Positions 1 through 13,700 of a stretch of 64,000 nt of DNA are shown one piece after another. The DNA is from Oopsacas minuta (lineage: Eukaryota; Animalia; Porifera). The stretch spans positions 186,001 through 250,000 of the forward strand of contig JAKMXF010000322.1 in assembly GCA_024704765.1 (NCBI GenBank). Direction: 5' to 3'. The position numbers and the translations under genes are program-made. How positions within the stretch are numbered: the stretch's first letter is position 1; every line of letters starts with the position of its first letter. The notes under the pieces were generated by a model. The model saw only the letters and a program-made list of their open reading frames with translations. It ran no database searches and was not told the DNA's origin.

Positions 1-91
1 AACAACAAACAACAAATATACGAATATAATAGATGCAATTCTCTCTAAATAATATAGTCTCGCAGATATAAACAAATAAACACCAATAATA

Positions 92-3000
92 TTAACAAAC
101 AGTATATTTCCTCTCTGCAATGAGTTCTTGAGATTTTAGCGTGTATAGCGCAACCTTCTCTTCCCATTTCATATTTCGTAGTGTCTCTTTGATCCTGATT
201 TGTTCCCTGTGCCTCCAAAAGTCGTCCGCGAATCCGTTCTCATTGTGATTACCGAAAAATACCGGATAGACTTTGGCCCTGTTGAATTGTTTGTCTCTCT
301 CGAGGGAGCTTTCGATCTCCTCTTCGTTTTCATCGAAAAATTCGACACATACAGTTTTACAAATACCGAATGTCCGAATGAGATAGACCAAGAGATTGAA
401 AGGGGGTGGGAAGAAGGACTTACGTTGGTACTCTTCGACAACTTCCAAGAATTGTGTTAGATAAATACTGTCCGCCTTGTCAGAGATCTCATCAAAAATT
501 TTCGTGAAATAAGCAACCATTAAATTCAGGAGTAGAACATTGGAAGTTAATTGCAGGAAAATTATGAAAATATACGCAATAACAGCTGTGGAATTCCAAA
601 AGACAGGAGAAGCTGAATTTGAATCGAAGCTAATCGATCCATTTTGGATAACATCGAGAGAGAATTCACCAAACACTTGATAAATTGGATTAAACAGTAA
701 AATACGGAGTAACACCCAGCCACTCGATTCCGTAGAGGTTAACGTGACGCCAATAATGCCGAATCCCAGTGCGACTAGGAAAAATATCACAAGAAACTTA
801 AGCATCCGTTTGAATCCGATATAACAAGTGTATATTAATGGTCCAAGCCCGCGGAACACGAGCACATATTGGAAGAATCTCATGTAGAGTAGGACAGCAA
901 CTAGCCCGTATACTAGACGTGTTATGTTATTAATTGGCCCACCTAGATCACTCGTAGGAAATTGAATCGCGAATACGAATATTGTCACTCGCAATGCGAT
1001 CGTTACCAGAAAACTAAATGCTATTGAAATGTCTAATATATTCCAACCAGAGCTCAAATATTCCAACATAGCAGAATTGAGAATCCTCAGCCATTGGTTA
1101 TGCTTGACACGTTTCCCTTTCGATTTGTCTTCGATCAGGAACCGATATTGAAACACCTCGTCCAAGATGTAGGCGAACATGTATAAGAAATATATAATAT
1201 CAAAGGTGACGAATCCATTCACAGGTGTTGATCTCCATGTGACCATAAAGTGTACCGTGTACAACACAAGAAACAGAAAATAGAACAGTGCATGTATGTA
1301 GAAAGTTGTACTGGGGCTGATGTAATAATGATAGAAGAAATTTATACTCGTACGTTGCCAGGGTCTTTTCAAAGATTTTTTCAACTGTACACTAATGTTG
1401 ATGTTTTGATCATCGCTATTATCATATTTTGCTTGTAGTTTTGCTATTCCATTCCATACATTACGCACGTGGCCTTGTACACCCTCATGGGTGTAAAATA
1501 ATTGCTCTCCTGCATTGCTTGCAAGCTCTATCGCGGTCGAATTGTTCCAAAATGGTATTTTCGTCTCGAAAAGTTCGTTTAAGGTGAATTCATTCTTACC
1601 AATTGCGTGATCTAACAATCCGACAGCTAATTCCTCGAAATACGCAGCTTTTTGGACTAAAGTCTCTCTGTCATCCGTGCTGACCGCTGTGTCGAATCTC
1701 AGCTCCTTTTCCACACCATAAAGCAACCGGGAAATAGCCAGCGCATTCGCGATTTGATAAACACCCTTTTGAGTTCGATAGAATTCGCGATCAGTTGTCG
1801 ACAATTCCTGCAAATGTACACCCGAATATTCCAAGAAAAGTTCTGCTACCTCGTATCGTTGGCTCAGTACCCCCCACACCATAATATACTCTGTGAAATA
1901 AACCTCATAATGCGTCAAACTATGCAATTCATCGTGTTTCGGTACATCTGGACTATTCCACAGGAAACCGTCCCCCATTAATTTCTCAATTGCTAGTTGT
2001 AAGAATTTGACAACTTCGAGCGACGCAGAGAAGTCGATCACATCTTTGATTTTGTTCTCAATATATTCTACGTCGTTCGTTAATGTATACATCAACCTTT
2101 GGAATAACAATAATTCGGTTCCTGATTTCTTAAACACACCTGTGAGGATGTCTTCACGCCTGCTTACTAGGCTAGTCTGTATAGATACATTATCGAAAAT
2201 ATTCTCAACTATTTCCCGGGACCCGTAGAAGATGGCATACCGTAATATTCTGTCGATTTGTGCAATATCTTTTGCTCTGTTTTCTCCTAATTGTAGTTTT
2301 TTGAGAGCTTTCTTTACTCGGGCCTGATCTCTGAGAAATAACGCTGTAGTCATTGTGTTCCAACCTATAATATTGTTTGTAAAAAGAGGTTTTTGTTGTT
2401 TGCTTGTTTGTTTGTTTGTTTGTTTGTTTGTTTGTTTGTTTGTTTGTTTGTTTGTTTGTTTGTTTGTTTGTTTGTTTGTTTGTTTGTTTGTTTGTTTGTT
2501 TGTTTGTTTGCTGTTTGTTGTTGTTTGTTAGTTAGTTTGTTTGCTCGTTTGTTTGTTTGTTTGCTCGTTTGCTCGTTTGTTTGCTTGTTTGCTGTTAGTT
2601 AGTTAGTTTGTTTGTTTGTTTGCTTGTTTGCTTGTTAGTTTGTTAGTTAGTTTGTTTGCTCGTTTGTTTGTTTGTTTGCTCGTTTGCTCGTTGTTTGTTG
2701 TTTGTTGTTGTTGTTTGTTTGTTTGTTTGTTTGTTTGTTTGCTTGTTGTTTGTATTGTAAATTTCACAGCTTCACTACCATGGAATTTTATTTGTTAGCA
2801 TAGCAGCGAAAATATTACAAATAATATTACCTTTAAAATCTTGATCATTCTTAGAGAAGTAATCATCAGCTTTCTGTAATACCATCTGATACAATTCCGG
2901 ATCCTTCTGGTAGAAATTATAAACGGACCGATCCATGTACCCTCCAGTGTACACCTTCTCAACATAATTCGGGTCTAGATAGTCTATTTTTATCTGGAAA

Positions 3001-3938
3001 CAAGTTTTTTTGCCCGCTTCGGCAATGAATTCAAGTTTAAGCGCTGGTATTTTCAGGATCTGCGACAGTTCGTATAAAATATGTTCTTTTAGAAGCTTGC
3101 CACTTGGCTGATCGTGTCGCAGGACAACACATCCTTCTAGAACTTTAGAGTTGGAGCCAGATGCCATAGTTTTTACGAGTTCTTTGCAACCGTCATTCGA
3201 GATTTGGTATCGCTTGTTTTCGAGTTGGTTAGGCGCGTCTGGCTTGAAATCGATATTTAAAGGTTTGTCATATAAACCAAGAAAATTCAATCTTTTCCGA
3301 ATTCTTGGTGTCAGCTGTTTAACTTCTAATTTGGCGCGTTCTAGCGCCTCTAATACCAGATTAGTAATTGGCCCTTTCGCATTAGCATCTAAGATAATCC
3401 ACGCTTTGTTCTTTGTGAGTAGATCAGTGATAACTTTTCCTAAAATAGCAATGGTTGTGTTTGGAAGTGTTAAAAGACCGCGGCCAGTTTTCACAATTTC
3501 AGGAATGTATATTATCAGATTATAAAAATCTACTTTCGCTTGGAAATTGAACTGGTCGAATTCCAGCTTTTTGCCTTTATCCAAGATTTTTTTCAGCGAT
3601 TTTGCATAGTTCATATAATTAATCTCCTCGGTGCCTTCCAATATTGGGATTTCTATTATGTCGTAGAGGTTTCGAGCCACTTTTCTCTCACCTTCGATTG
3701 TGTCATTATGTGGTTGTGTCGCGACATATTTGTTTACAGGTTCATAATCAGTCCCGTCAACCCAACTACGTCCATAGGCGAATGGAATGTCCCATTTTTC
3801 GTTCTCATCAATCCTTGAGGCATCAACAAAATTCCAATGATTCATTGTAAGATTATCACTCTCAATAACCCTTGGTTGTTCATCAACACTTTCCCAATCT
3901 CCATGCTTGATTAGACCCTCATTCTCTCTAGTTGCCAT
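92..3938 (-). CDS. TRPM-like cation channel, 2 exons (3938-2831, 2364-92), ~1126 aa
   Basis: The ORF 2775..3938 has a SLOG/MHR-like segment (GRGLLTLPNTTIAILGKVITDLLTKNKAWIILD). It splices in phase 1 (AAA G|gtaata ... tatag|GT TGG AAC ACA ATG) to the 753-aa ORF. That ORF has six TM helices, a TRPM-type pore (ILLFNPIYQVFGEF), S6 LLLNLMVAYF and a post-TRP FPPPF motif. The last codons could continue past the left edge through a weak donor. Confidence 0.85.
2393..2760. repeat. (TTTG)n microsatellite with degenerate TTAG/CTCG variants, inside the TRPM intron
   Basis: A long run of perfect TTTG units from ~2400 to ~2510, then degenerate copies to ~2755. Confidence 0.97.
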
Positions 3939-3944
3939 GGTTAC
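3931..3944 (-). promoter_or_regulatory. RFX X-box-like motif overlapping the TRPM start codon
   Basis: The minus strand reads GTAACCATGGCAAC, matching the RFX consensus GTNRCCATRGYAAC; the ATG inside it is the TRPM start. Confidence 0.4.
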
Positions 3945-4622
3945 ACTTGCTATTATTGAAGGTTCGCTAAAATATTTATAAGTGGCAGGTGCTATATCGT
4001 AAAATTTAAATAGCGCCCACAGGATCTCTAATTTGTATTGCAGTCTATTAGCTTAGGTCACAGAAGGTGTTAACTGGTGTCAACGTGTGATACAGGTTAG
4101 GAATCATTGATTTATACATAAAGTGAGTACAAATAACTTTCATCTTATTGAATGAATTCTTAGGATATTTTAGGAAAGTAGCAGGAAATATTCCCTACAT
4201 TTTGACTTCCTTCCTTCGCATACTACCCCCCTCCCCTTGTAGGGTTACGTAACTATTAACGGCCCATATATGCATAAATATAAGCACATATATGTTCTTG
4301 AGCAAGGGCGGTCACAAGATTTCGCATAGCCCGGGGCAAATGCCCCATTTGCTTCCCTTAAGACCGCCACTGTTCTTAAGCCTCAGAGTACCATAAGGAT
4401 CAATACTGACTGACTATAGCTTAGCCGCCACAGTAAAAAGCGAAGCCTGCTAGTAGTTATGATATCTGAAGTTAAATATGATATTACAAATCTCTTCAGT
4501 CCTCTCAGCCTATACATACTCCAGTGAGATATTGATTTCAATATAGAATTACTTATTCTTTGTCCATCGGTTTCTACTATTTTGAGAGGACAAAATTTAT
4601 GCAATACTATTGACACCGAACT

Positions 4623-4934
4623 CAGTGGGTGCCTGTTATAAGAACACCCTTGGGAGTATCAATACATGTCCTTATAACCGGTATAAATATACAGGAACAT
4701 GTGATAACCGTTTTCCAGAGGATGTACCAATTTTCACATCAATCGGACAGGTAGAAGTTGCAGGATCGCGCCCATGTGCCAACTGGCTACCCGATTAGAA
4801 ATTAAAATACCGCAGATACCAGATATAAGCACCATCCTCTGGAAACAGGTTCTCATATATTCCTGCATATTTATACCGGTTATAAGAGCATGTATTGCTA
4901 CTCCCAAGGGTGTTCTTATAACCGGCATACAATG
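4623..4934. mobile_element. Foldback Tc1/pogo-like MITE (family A)
   Basis: Inverted arms of ~90 bp (cagtgggtgcctgttataagaacacccttgggag... versus ...ctcccaagggtgttcttataaccggcatacaatg). The same core recurs at ~23635-23815, 38240-38348, 43770-43835, 46964-47179 and 57040-57150. Confidence 0.75.
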
Positions 4935-4972
4935 TACAGGAAATAATCAAATTATACTGTGAGTAGCTATCA

Positions 4973-7397
<2,425 letters not shown>

Positions 7398-7639
7398 ATC
7401 GATAATTAGTTCCTATTAGTGTTTGTGTTCATACATTATTTACAGATTAATAATTGGATATTCATGAGTATATATTCACATGAGGTGCTAATATGTTCCA
7501 ATAGGGTGCATATATGTTCTATATTGTACTATTTTGGACCCATAGGGTATCAATTTGGTCCCATAAGATACAATATGATTCCCTTGACTATTTACAAATT
7601 CTGTTTCAGTAAACTGTTTAGCGAACAAACACACCAACA

Positions 7640-8650
7640 ATGCCAAGACATCGAAAACAGAGCCACACGAAAACACCTCCACCACTTCTGAGCCAAGAAT
7701 TCCTAATCCAGAACCACGCAGACATAATTAGTGTCATATGCATATTAATACTGTTAGGCCTAATGTTCCATCCTACCAATTATATTGCTAGCTTATTCAT
7801 ATCACCCCAATATATAGAGAATGCCACAAATGTGACAATTGACGCAGAGTTATTGAAACTGCAACCATCTTTGAATATACGTAACTATGTTTATGGAAAA
7901 GGTGTTAAAGATTTGTGTACTATATTTTTCTACACATGTGTATGTATGGTATTACATGCCGTCTTGCAAGAGTATGTCTGGGAGAGGATCTCACGCCGGT
8001 ACCACTTATCAAACACCACCTCCGCCAAATTCTATGAAACAGGCATTTTGGCGGCCTTCTATCTGTTGTCGACGGTCTGGGGTGTGATGGTAATAATCGA
8101 AGAAAAGATTTTGTCACAGCCTAGTGTATTATGGAGCGGTTACTATGACAACCACGTAAAAATGCCGTTTATAACAAAATTCTATTATTTAATACAGTTG
8201 GCTTATTGGTTACATTGTTACCCTGAATTGTATTTTTTGAAGGTCCCATTCGCGTTTGTCCCTTCTCGCGTGAAATTATACACAATCGCCTTTCTCTTCA
8301 CGGCTATCAGTTATTATTTATCTCTACAGAGATTCGCTATTTGTTTACTAACAATGGAAGCTATATCCGAGGTTATTGCGAGTGCAGCAAAGTTGTTGCA
8401 CTATCTTAACAATGACGAAAGGGCTGTATTCGTGTTCAGGCGATTTTGGGCCCCTGCATTTTGTATTGTCCGGGTTGTATCAGTTCTCCTTGCAGTATTA
8501 GTTTTGTACTATGGTTTCGGTACGGAAGACGTTGCCATGACAACGCGTATTGGAATGCTAGTCCCTACAATTACGCTACAAATCCTGATGTCATATGTAG
8601 CATTCCGAGCATGGAAATCCGTTGGCAAGGAAGTGAAGAAAACACAGTAA
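7640..8650 (+). CDS. TRAM1: Translocating chain-associated membrane protein (TRAM1-like, TLC domain), single exon, 336 aa
   Basis: N-terminal PPLLSQEFLIQNHADI, plus GVKDLCTIFFY, HAVLQEY, KFYE, and KFYYLIQLAYWLHCYPELYF, all TRAM-family hallmarks; multiple TM helices. Confidence 0.92.
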   Translation: MPRHRKQSHTKTPPPLLSQEFLIQNHADIISVICILILLGLMFHPTNYIASLFISPQYIENATNVTIDAELLKLQPSLNIRNYVYGKGVKDLCTIFFYTCVCMVLHAVLQEYVWERISRRYHLSNTTSAKFYETGILAAFYLLSTVWGVMVIIEEKILSQPSVLWSGYYDNHVKMPFITKFYYLIQLAYWLHCYPELYFLKVPFAFVPSRVKLYTIAFLFTAISYYLSLQRFAICLLTMEAISEVIASAAKLLHYLNNDERAVFVFRRFWAPAFCIVRVVSVLLAVLVLYYGFGTEDVAMTTRIGMLVPTITLQILMSYVAFRAWKSVGKEVKKTQ

Positions 8651-8938
8651 ATGTTAATAATTGCTAAATGGAACTAATTTTGCTTTACTTAGGAATTTAT
8701 GTCTGAGTCTTAATTCTGAAGTTCAAATACTTTGATAAACTGTCAATTAGTTGATGTTAGTTCCGAATAAGGAAGCTCAGCTTAATTGGGTCATTTTGGA
8801 ACCATAACATTGAAGGTGTTGGGCAATTAACTGGAGATTTTTGTCCTCTCGATTATTCGATGTGGTCCTTATGTCTCATAATCTCCCATGGGCTGTAATT
8901 ATCGCATTAACAGTATATTTACGAGTTATTAGATTTAA

Positions 8939-9941
8939 ATGTCTCAGAAAGGTGAAGGAGAGGATTATCTAGTCATTAATATAAACGATCTGAAAAAGTT
9001 AAGAGTCAGCGAATTGAAGGAAAAACTCTCAGAATTTGGCCTACAAACTAAAGGGACAAAGATAGAGCTCATAACTCGGCTAGAGGAACATTTATCAGCT
9101 GCCGCGGAGAGTGAGGAGGAGCTAGCTCTAATCGACGTGGCGAATAATAGTCAACCGAGTGATTGTGTGGAGAATATTGATGTTGATACTCCAGTCAAAT
9201 CGAAGGTCATTAAGTCTCTATAGATTATTTGTATAATATTATTCTTAACAGTATACGACAGGAAAATGTGTAATTTTGTGACGTCAAAAAGGTGGTTAAT
9301 GTGTCAGTTTGGGCGGGATATCCTGTTTTATTGGACGAATATTGAGTATTGTGTCACTGTGAAAGGTGCCAAAATGTGGGAAACTCCAGTTTATTAGGCT
9401 AATATACTATTTCCTGTCCATAAACTTATTTCCCGCCAGAATACTAATTTCCCCACCTAATTTTAGAATATCTGGCGCCTAAACTTGAATTATTACCCCG
9501 CGTTTACCCGCTTAAATACTTGTATTTCAAATTAACACATTCTATATTTAGGACAGTGAACATAAAATCTCTGATATTTCATTTGAAGACACTTCAACAG
9601 CCAAACTAGATGACACAACCCCCACGCCTCTGTCTCCAACAAAAGACCTCTCCTTAAACGAACGGATAAAAGCCCGTGGAGAACGGTTCGGTACTCAAAC
9701 AAGCGACGAGGCTAAAAAGGCTATGCGGTTAGAAAAATACGGGGATACCCCAGCCAAAACGGTTGCCGGCGGCGACCTGGAAAAAATGAAGCAGAGAGGG
9801 GAGAGATTCGGCGAAAACGTCAGTAAAAAATTGGTGTCAATGAGTGACAAAGAGAGACAAGAAATGCGAAAAAATCGATTTGCAAGTGACTCAAGTGCTG
9901 GTGAAAATAAACTCACCAAAAAAATCCGTCTAAGTTCATAA
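8939..9941 (+). CDS. SARNP: SAP domain ribonucleoprotein (SARNP/CIP29/Tho1); exons 8939-9205, 9552-9941
   Basis: SAP domain (LKKLRVSELKEKLSEFGLQTKGTKIELITRL) followed by repeated R-x-x-R-F-G motifs (ARGERFG, QRGERFG, RKNRF). The phase-0 junction is AAG|gtcatt ... tttag|GAC; the donor is weak. Confidence 0.88.
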
Positions 9942-9942
9942 T

Positions 9943-9956
9943 GTTGCCATGGTAAC
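9943..9956. promoter_or_regulatory. RFX X-box-like motif upstream of the RhoGEF-MORN gene
   Basis: GTTGCCATGGTAAC, immediately after the SARNP stop codon. Confidence 0.45.
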
Positions 9957-10522
9957 GCTATTCATAGATAGTTATTTAGTTCTCAAATTTGATTCATTAT
10001 ATGCCTCTACTTTATACACATTTTCACACCATTTTTGTTGTTGTTTATTGATATAGTTCATTGGACACAGTGTGGAAATTAGAACATATATAAGAGTGTC
10101 GAAAGTGGCATAATGTGTCGATTTTGCCCTCTAAAAATATTTCTAAACGGTGACAAGAGTTCTCTCGTCTAACACCCCCATTTTTAATCAAATTAGTTTA
10201 TGTCTACATATGCTGACATCCCAGAAATCAACACTTCATTCACTTTAGTTCCAGTTATAGTCATATTAATAATTTCCCCGGTTTACGCTATTTACATCCT
10301 ATTCTCTGATACATACACTGATCAATACATGAGTGATTCTACCATCGAGCTTTCTACTTCACCTTCCAAGAAGAACTTTAAAGAGCGACGCGCAATTCAA
10401 CAGTTCTCAGATGTTCCCTATAAGTCTGTTATGATATTTGTTACAGGAGACTCGGTTTAATAGGGACACTTCTGGAACCTAAAAAACTGAGTCTACTTTA
10501 ACTTAACGAGTGTTTTGGTTTA

Positions 10523-10691
10523 CAGTCAGTTCCTGTTATGTCTAAGCTCAAGGGGCCGTGATGATTCTTCGATATAAACTATGGAAATATATGTTACTTT
10601 GACGGTTTGGGGGCCATATTTATACAATTTTACACTTCTATGTAAGCGGGTATTTTGATATATCCGTGTTGGATATAACAGAAGTTGACTG
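10523..10691. mobile_element. pogo/Tigger-like MITE (family B)
   Basis: TA-CAGTCAGTTCCTGTTAT ... ATAACAGAAGTTGACTG ends. Homologous copies lie at ~5910-5950, 41980-42033, 44160-44368, 45950-46030, 47784-47924, 59541-59620 and 60250-60389. Confidence 0.75.
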
Positions 10692-10737
10692 TTTTATTTT
10701 TGACCATATAAGGGCATTCATCTATGCATTTTGATAG

Positions 10738-13700
10738 GTTCAAGCAATTCAGTGCTGATGACACAAATCTTCAATCTAGATATGATAGAGAAACCACCTC
10801 GAAACCACTTCGACCACCTCCACCACCCAGACCGATACTGAAACCATCAAAGTCTTTAGGAGCTACAGGTCACCATTTGAGACCTTCTGTCTCCCCAAAA
10901 CCAATTTTAGTACCAACTAAATCATCTTCACCTGTGCAATTCAAGTAAGTTTGATTTATTCCTCTTAATATATGTGATTTTTTGACACATTTAGCCCAAA
11001 AGTGACCTCTATAATATCTGCCAGCTATCCCTAGGACATATGAGTTTCATATCCCGCCAAAAAACCCAATCTCCCGCCAAAACTGACCCAAAAGCGTAAT
11101 TACCCTACTTTTGATTGGCTAGACTAATTGTAACTATCTTATTGGAAATCCAATGTCCCGCCAAAAATCCCATTTCTGCTTAAAATCATTTTTTCTTTGT
11201 TCTATACTTGCCATATACAATGACGTCATGCCCTCATAATTGAGTTTTAGACCTCTCGGGCCCCGTTCGGATCCCTATGGTATATAATAATGGCAGTTGG
11301 TCATCTGTCCAATCTGTAACCTACGGACTATCTTCTCATTTAGTTACCAGTTACCGATCTAATAAACTCTATAGTTCCAGAAGCCTAGAATATTTACTGA
11401 GAAATCTTAGAAACTTAATTTCAATATCTTCTATCTAGGCTATTAGTTCCATAAATTCACACTTTTATTTGTTATTCAAATAAGACAATTTATATTATTC
11501 AATTATACATTTTGAGATTTCTAATTCGATTTTTGATAATTTTTAGTTTAGAAATTCTTCGTTCAAATTTGTGTCCGTTAGTTTGGTATAGTGGTTCCCT
11601 AACATAAACCCCTTCGACCGGCAGGTGTACCCCTTCCATGCAGTATGAACTTTGAGATCCTGTTGACCCCCTGGTGTCCTCCGTGGACCGCTAAGGGGTC
11701 AATTCCCGTGTTTTTCTAAGTAAATTTGCTCCAGGTTTGAGGATAGTGATTCATACACCATACTTATGAGTTTGGCCACTAACATGCGGGCCCGGGGGTG
11801 AGGTTATATAAGGTGTCATATCTCCATCCTCTGTCCTCACTGAAACTGGTGTGATAAATTCATCTACCCCTCAGAAAATCCATACCAGTATCTGAGACTT
11901 CTGAAATAGAGGATTCGTTTGATAATATTGATGTAGTGTTACCGGAGTATACTAGTGTTCCAGTGACAAGACCTAGAGCTATGGCTAAGAACGAGCAGAA
12001 TACTGACTGCATTCCGCAAGACGAAGATTTTAGCCTTGGGAAGGCTATTAAACGGTTTTCTGATCGGACACTGATAGGAACTCTTTTCAAACGGGAGTCT
12101 ACCACCTCTCCAAATAACAGTATTAGGAAATCAGGTATGTGTCTGTTTATCTGTGTGTTTATCTGTTTGTCTGCTTGTTTATCTGTGTGTCTGTGTGTCT
12201 GTCTGTGTGTTTATCTGTCTGTTTATTTACTTGTTACTTATTATCCATACCTCACAGAACAATATTCAGACAACAATATAGATTCTAATCCACAAGACAA
12301 ACATACAACTGCCTTCCTTCAGAACGCAGTTGTTGTTGTACAACAAGACAACAACGGCTCTAAAACCCCAGAAACGATTAACATTGTACTCTCACCCGAA
12401 AAACAAATCCAAAACACCTCTGAGCTACCAAAAACCATTAACATATTTGTTGGAAAGACAAACACAAGAATTCAGAAAATCCATGAGATGTACACAACTG
12501 AATACACATATGTCAACCAATTAGAAATGTTAGTTGATATCTTTAAGCGCCCAATGGAGGCCCAATTGGACGAAATTGAGATCCAACAAATATTCTGTAA
12601 CGTGGAGCGGATATTATACTTTAACCGAGAGGTGTTGGCGCTCTTTTTCGAGCGGATGGAGGAATGGAACGATAAGGACAGCTGTATTGGTGATATATTC
12701 ACAGCTAAATTCACACAATACGCATCAGGCCTATACACTGTGTATTGTAGTTCTTATGATAACTGTGAGCATTATATTACTAATAAACTGAAACGGAGGA
12801 AGGAATTTGAAATACTAATGGCTAGCTGTCTATCTGATCCCAGGGGTCAAAAGGGTAAGTTTGTCCCTGTCACGAATGAAGGAGGGGTTTTGTTCACACT
12901 TTTTATTGGGCCACTTAACACTCCCCGAGGGTGAGGTTATTGAAATCACTCCTTGCATATTTTGTATGAATAATATCCTTAAAGTTCTATTTATGAATTT
13001 TCTAATTTCCCAAAGAAATACCTCCCAAGAAATTATAAGGTGTTGACAAGTGTGTAGGTGTGATTTTAATACAATAATATAGGTATGTCAATCACTTACT
13101 ATTTGATAACACCTGTACAAAGAATACCCCGTTACTTACTGCTACTTAAAGATCTTCTAAAGCTAACCCCAGAGAGTCATGTGGACTATCAGAATATTCT
13201 AGAAGCTAATGAGCGGATAAGTAGGATAGCTGATTATGTGAATACACAGATAATGGAAGCACAGTCTCATAGAGCTATGCAGGCGCTTAAGAATGAAATA
13301 CAGGGTCTGGTAGACTTGGAGAAAGATGGAAGAGTTATAATTAAAGTTAGTTGGGGAATTTAGCATTTTTCGGCGTCCCTGTCACCCCGTTTGTGGAAAT
13401 TCACATGAGGGGAACATTATGGGGTGTTAAATTGCCCTCTATATGGTATCCATCGGAGCATTGAAGCCCGACACCTCGCCTCTAATATATGATATGCTCA
13501 TTGTAAATGCTTCAAATGAATTTCATATATTGACAAACAAATAATAATCAAATTAGAATTCTAATATTCTATTTCTATTCTAGAAATGGTTTCTTTCAGA
13601 TTAGTCGGTAGGCTGTATATATGTTATAGTTGTTTATGTTTGTTTATCTGTTTGTGTTGTCTGGCAAAGTATTTCAAGTTCCAGTAATACGTACAGCATG

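Noticed and set aside
2393-2798. ORFs LFVCLFVC... (2393..2602, 2616..2798)
   Set aside because: These are translation artefacts of the TTTG microsatellite inside the TRPM intron.
2775-3938. 387-aa ORF as a standalone novel gene
   Set aside because: It has an in-phase donor at 2831/2830 joining the channel ORF, so it is TRPM exon 1; its last codons are intronic.
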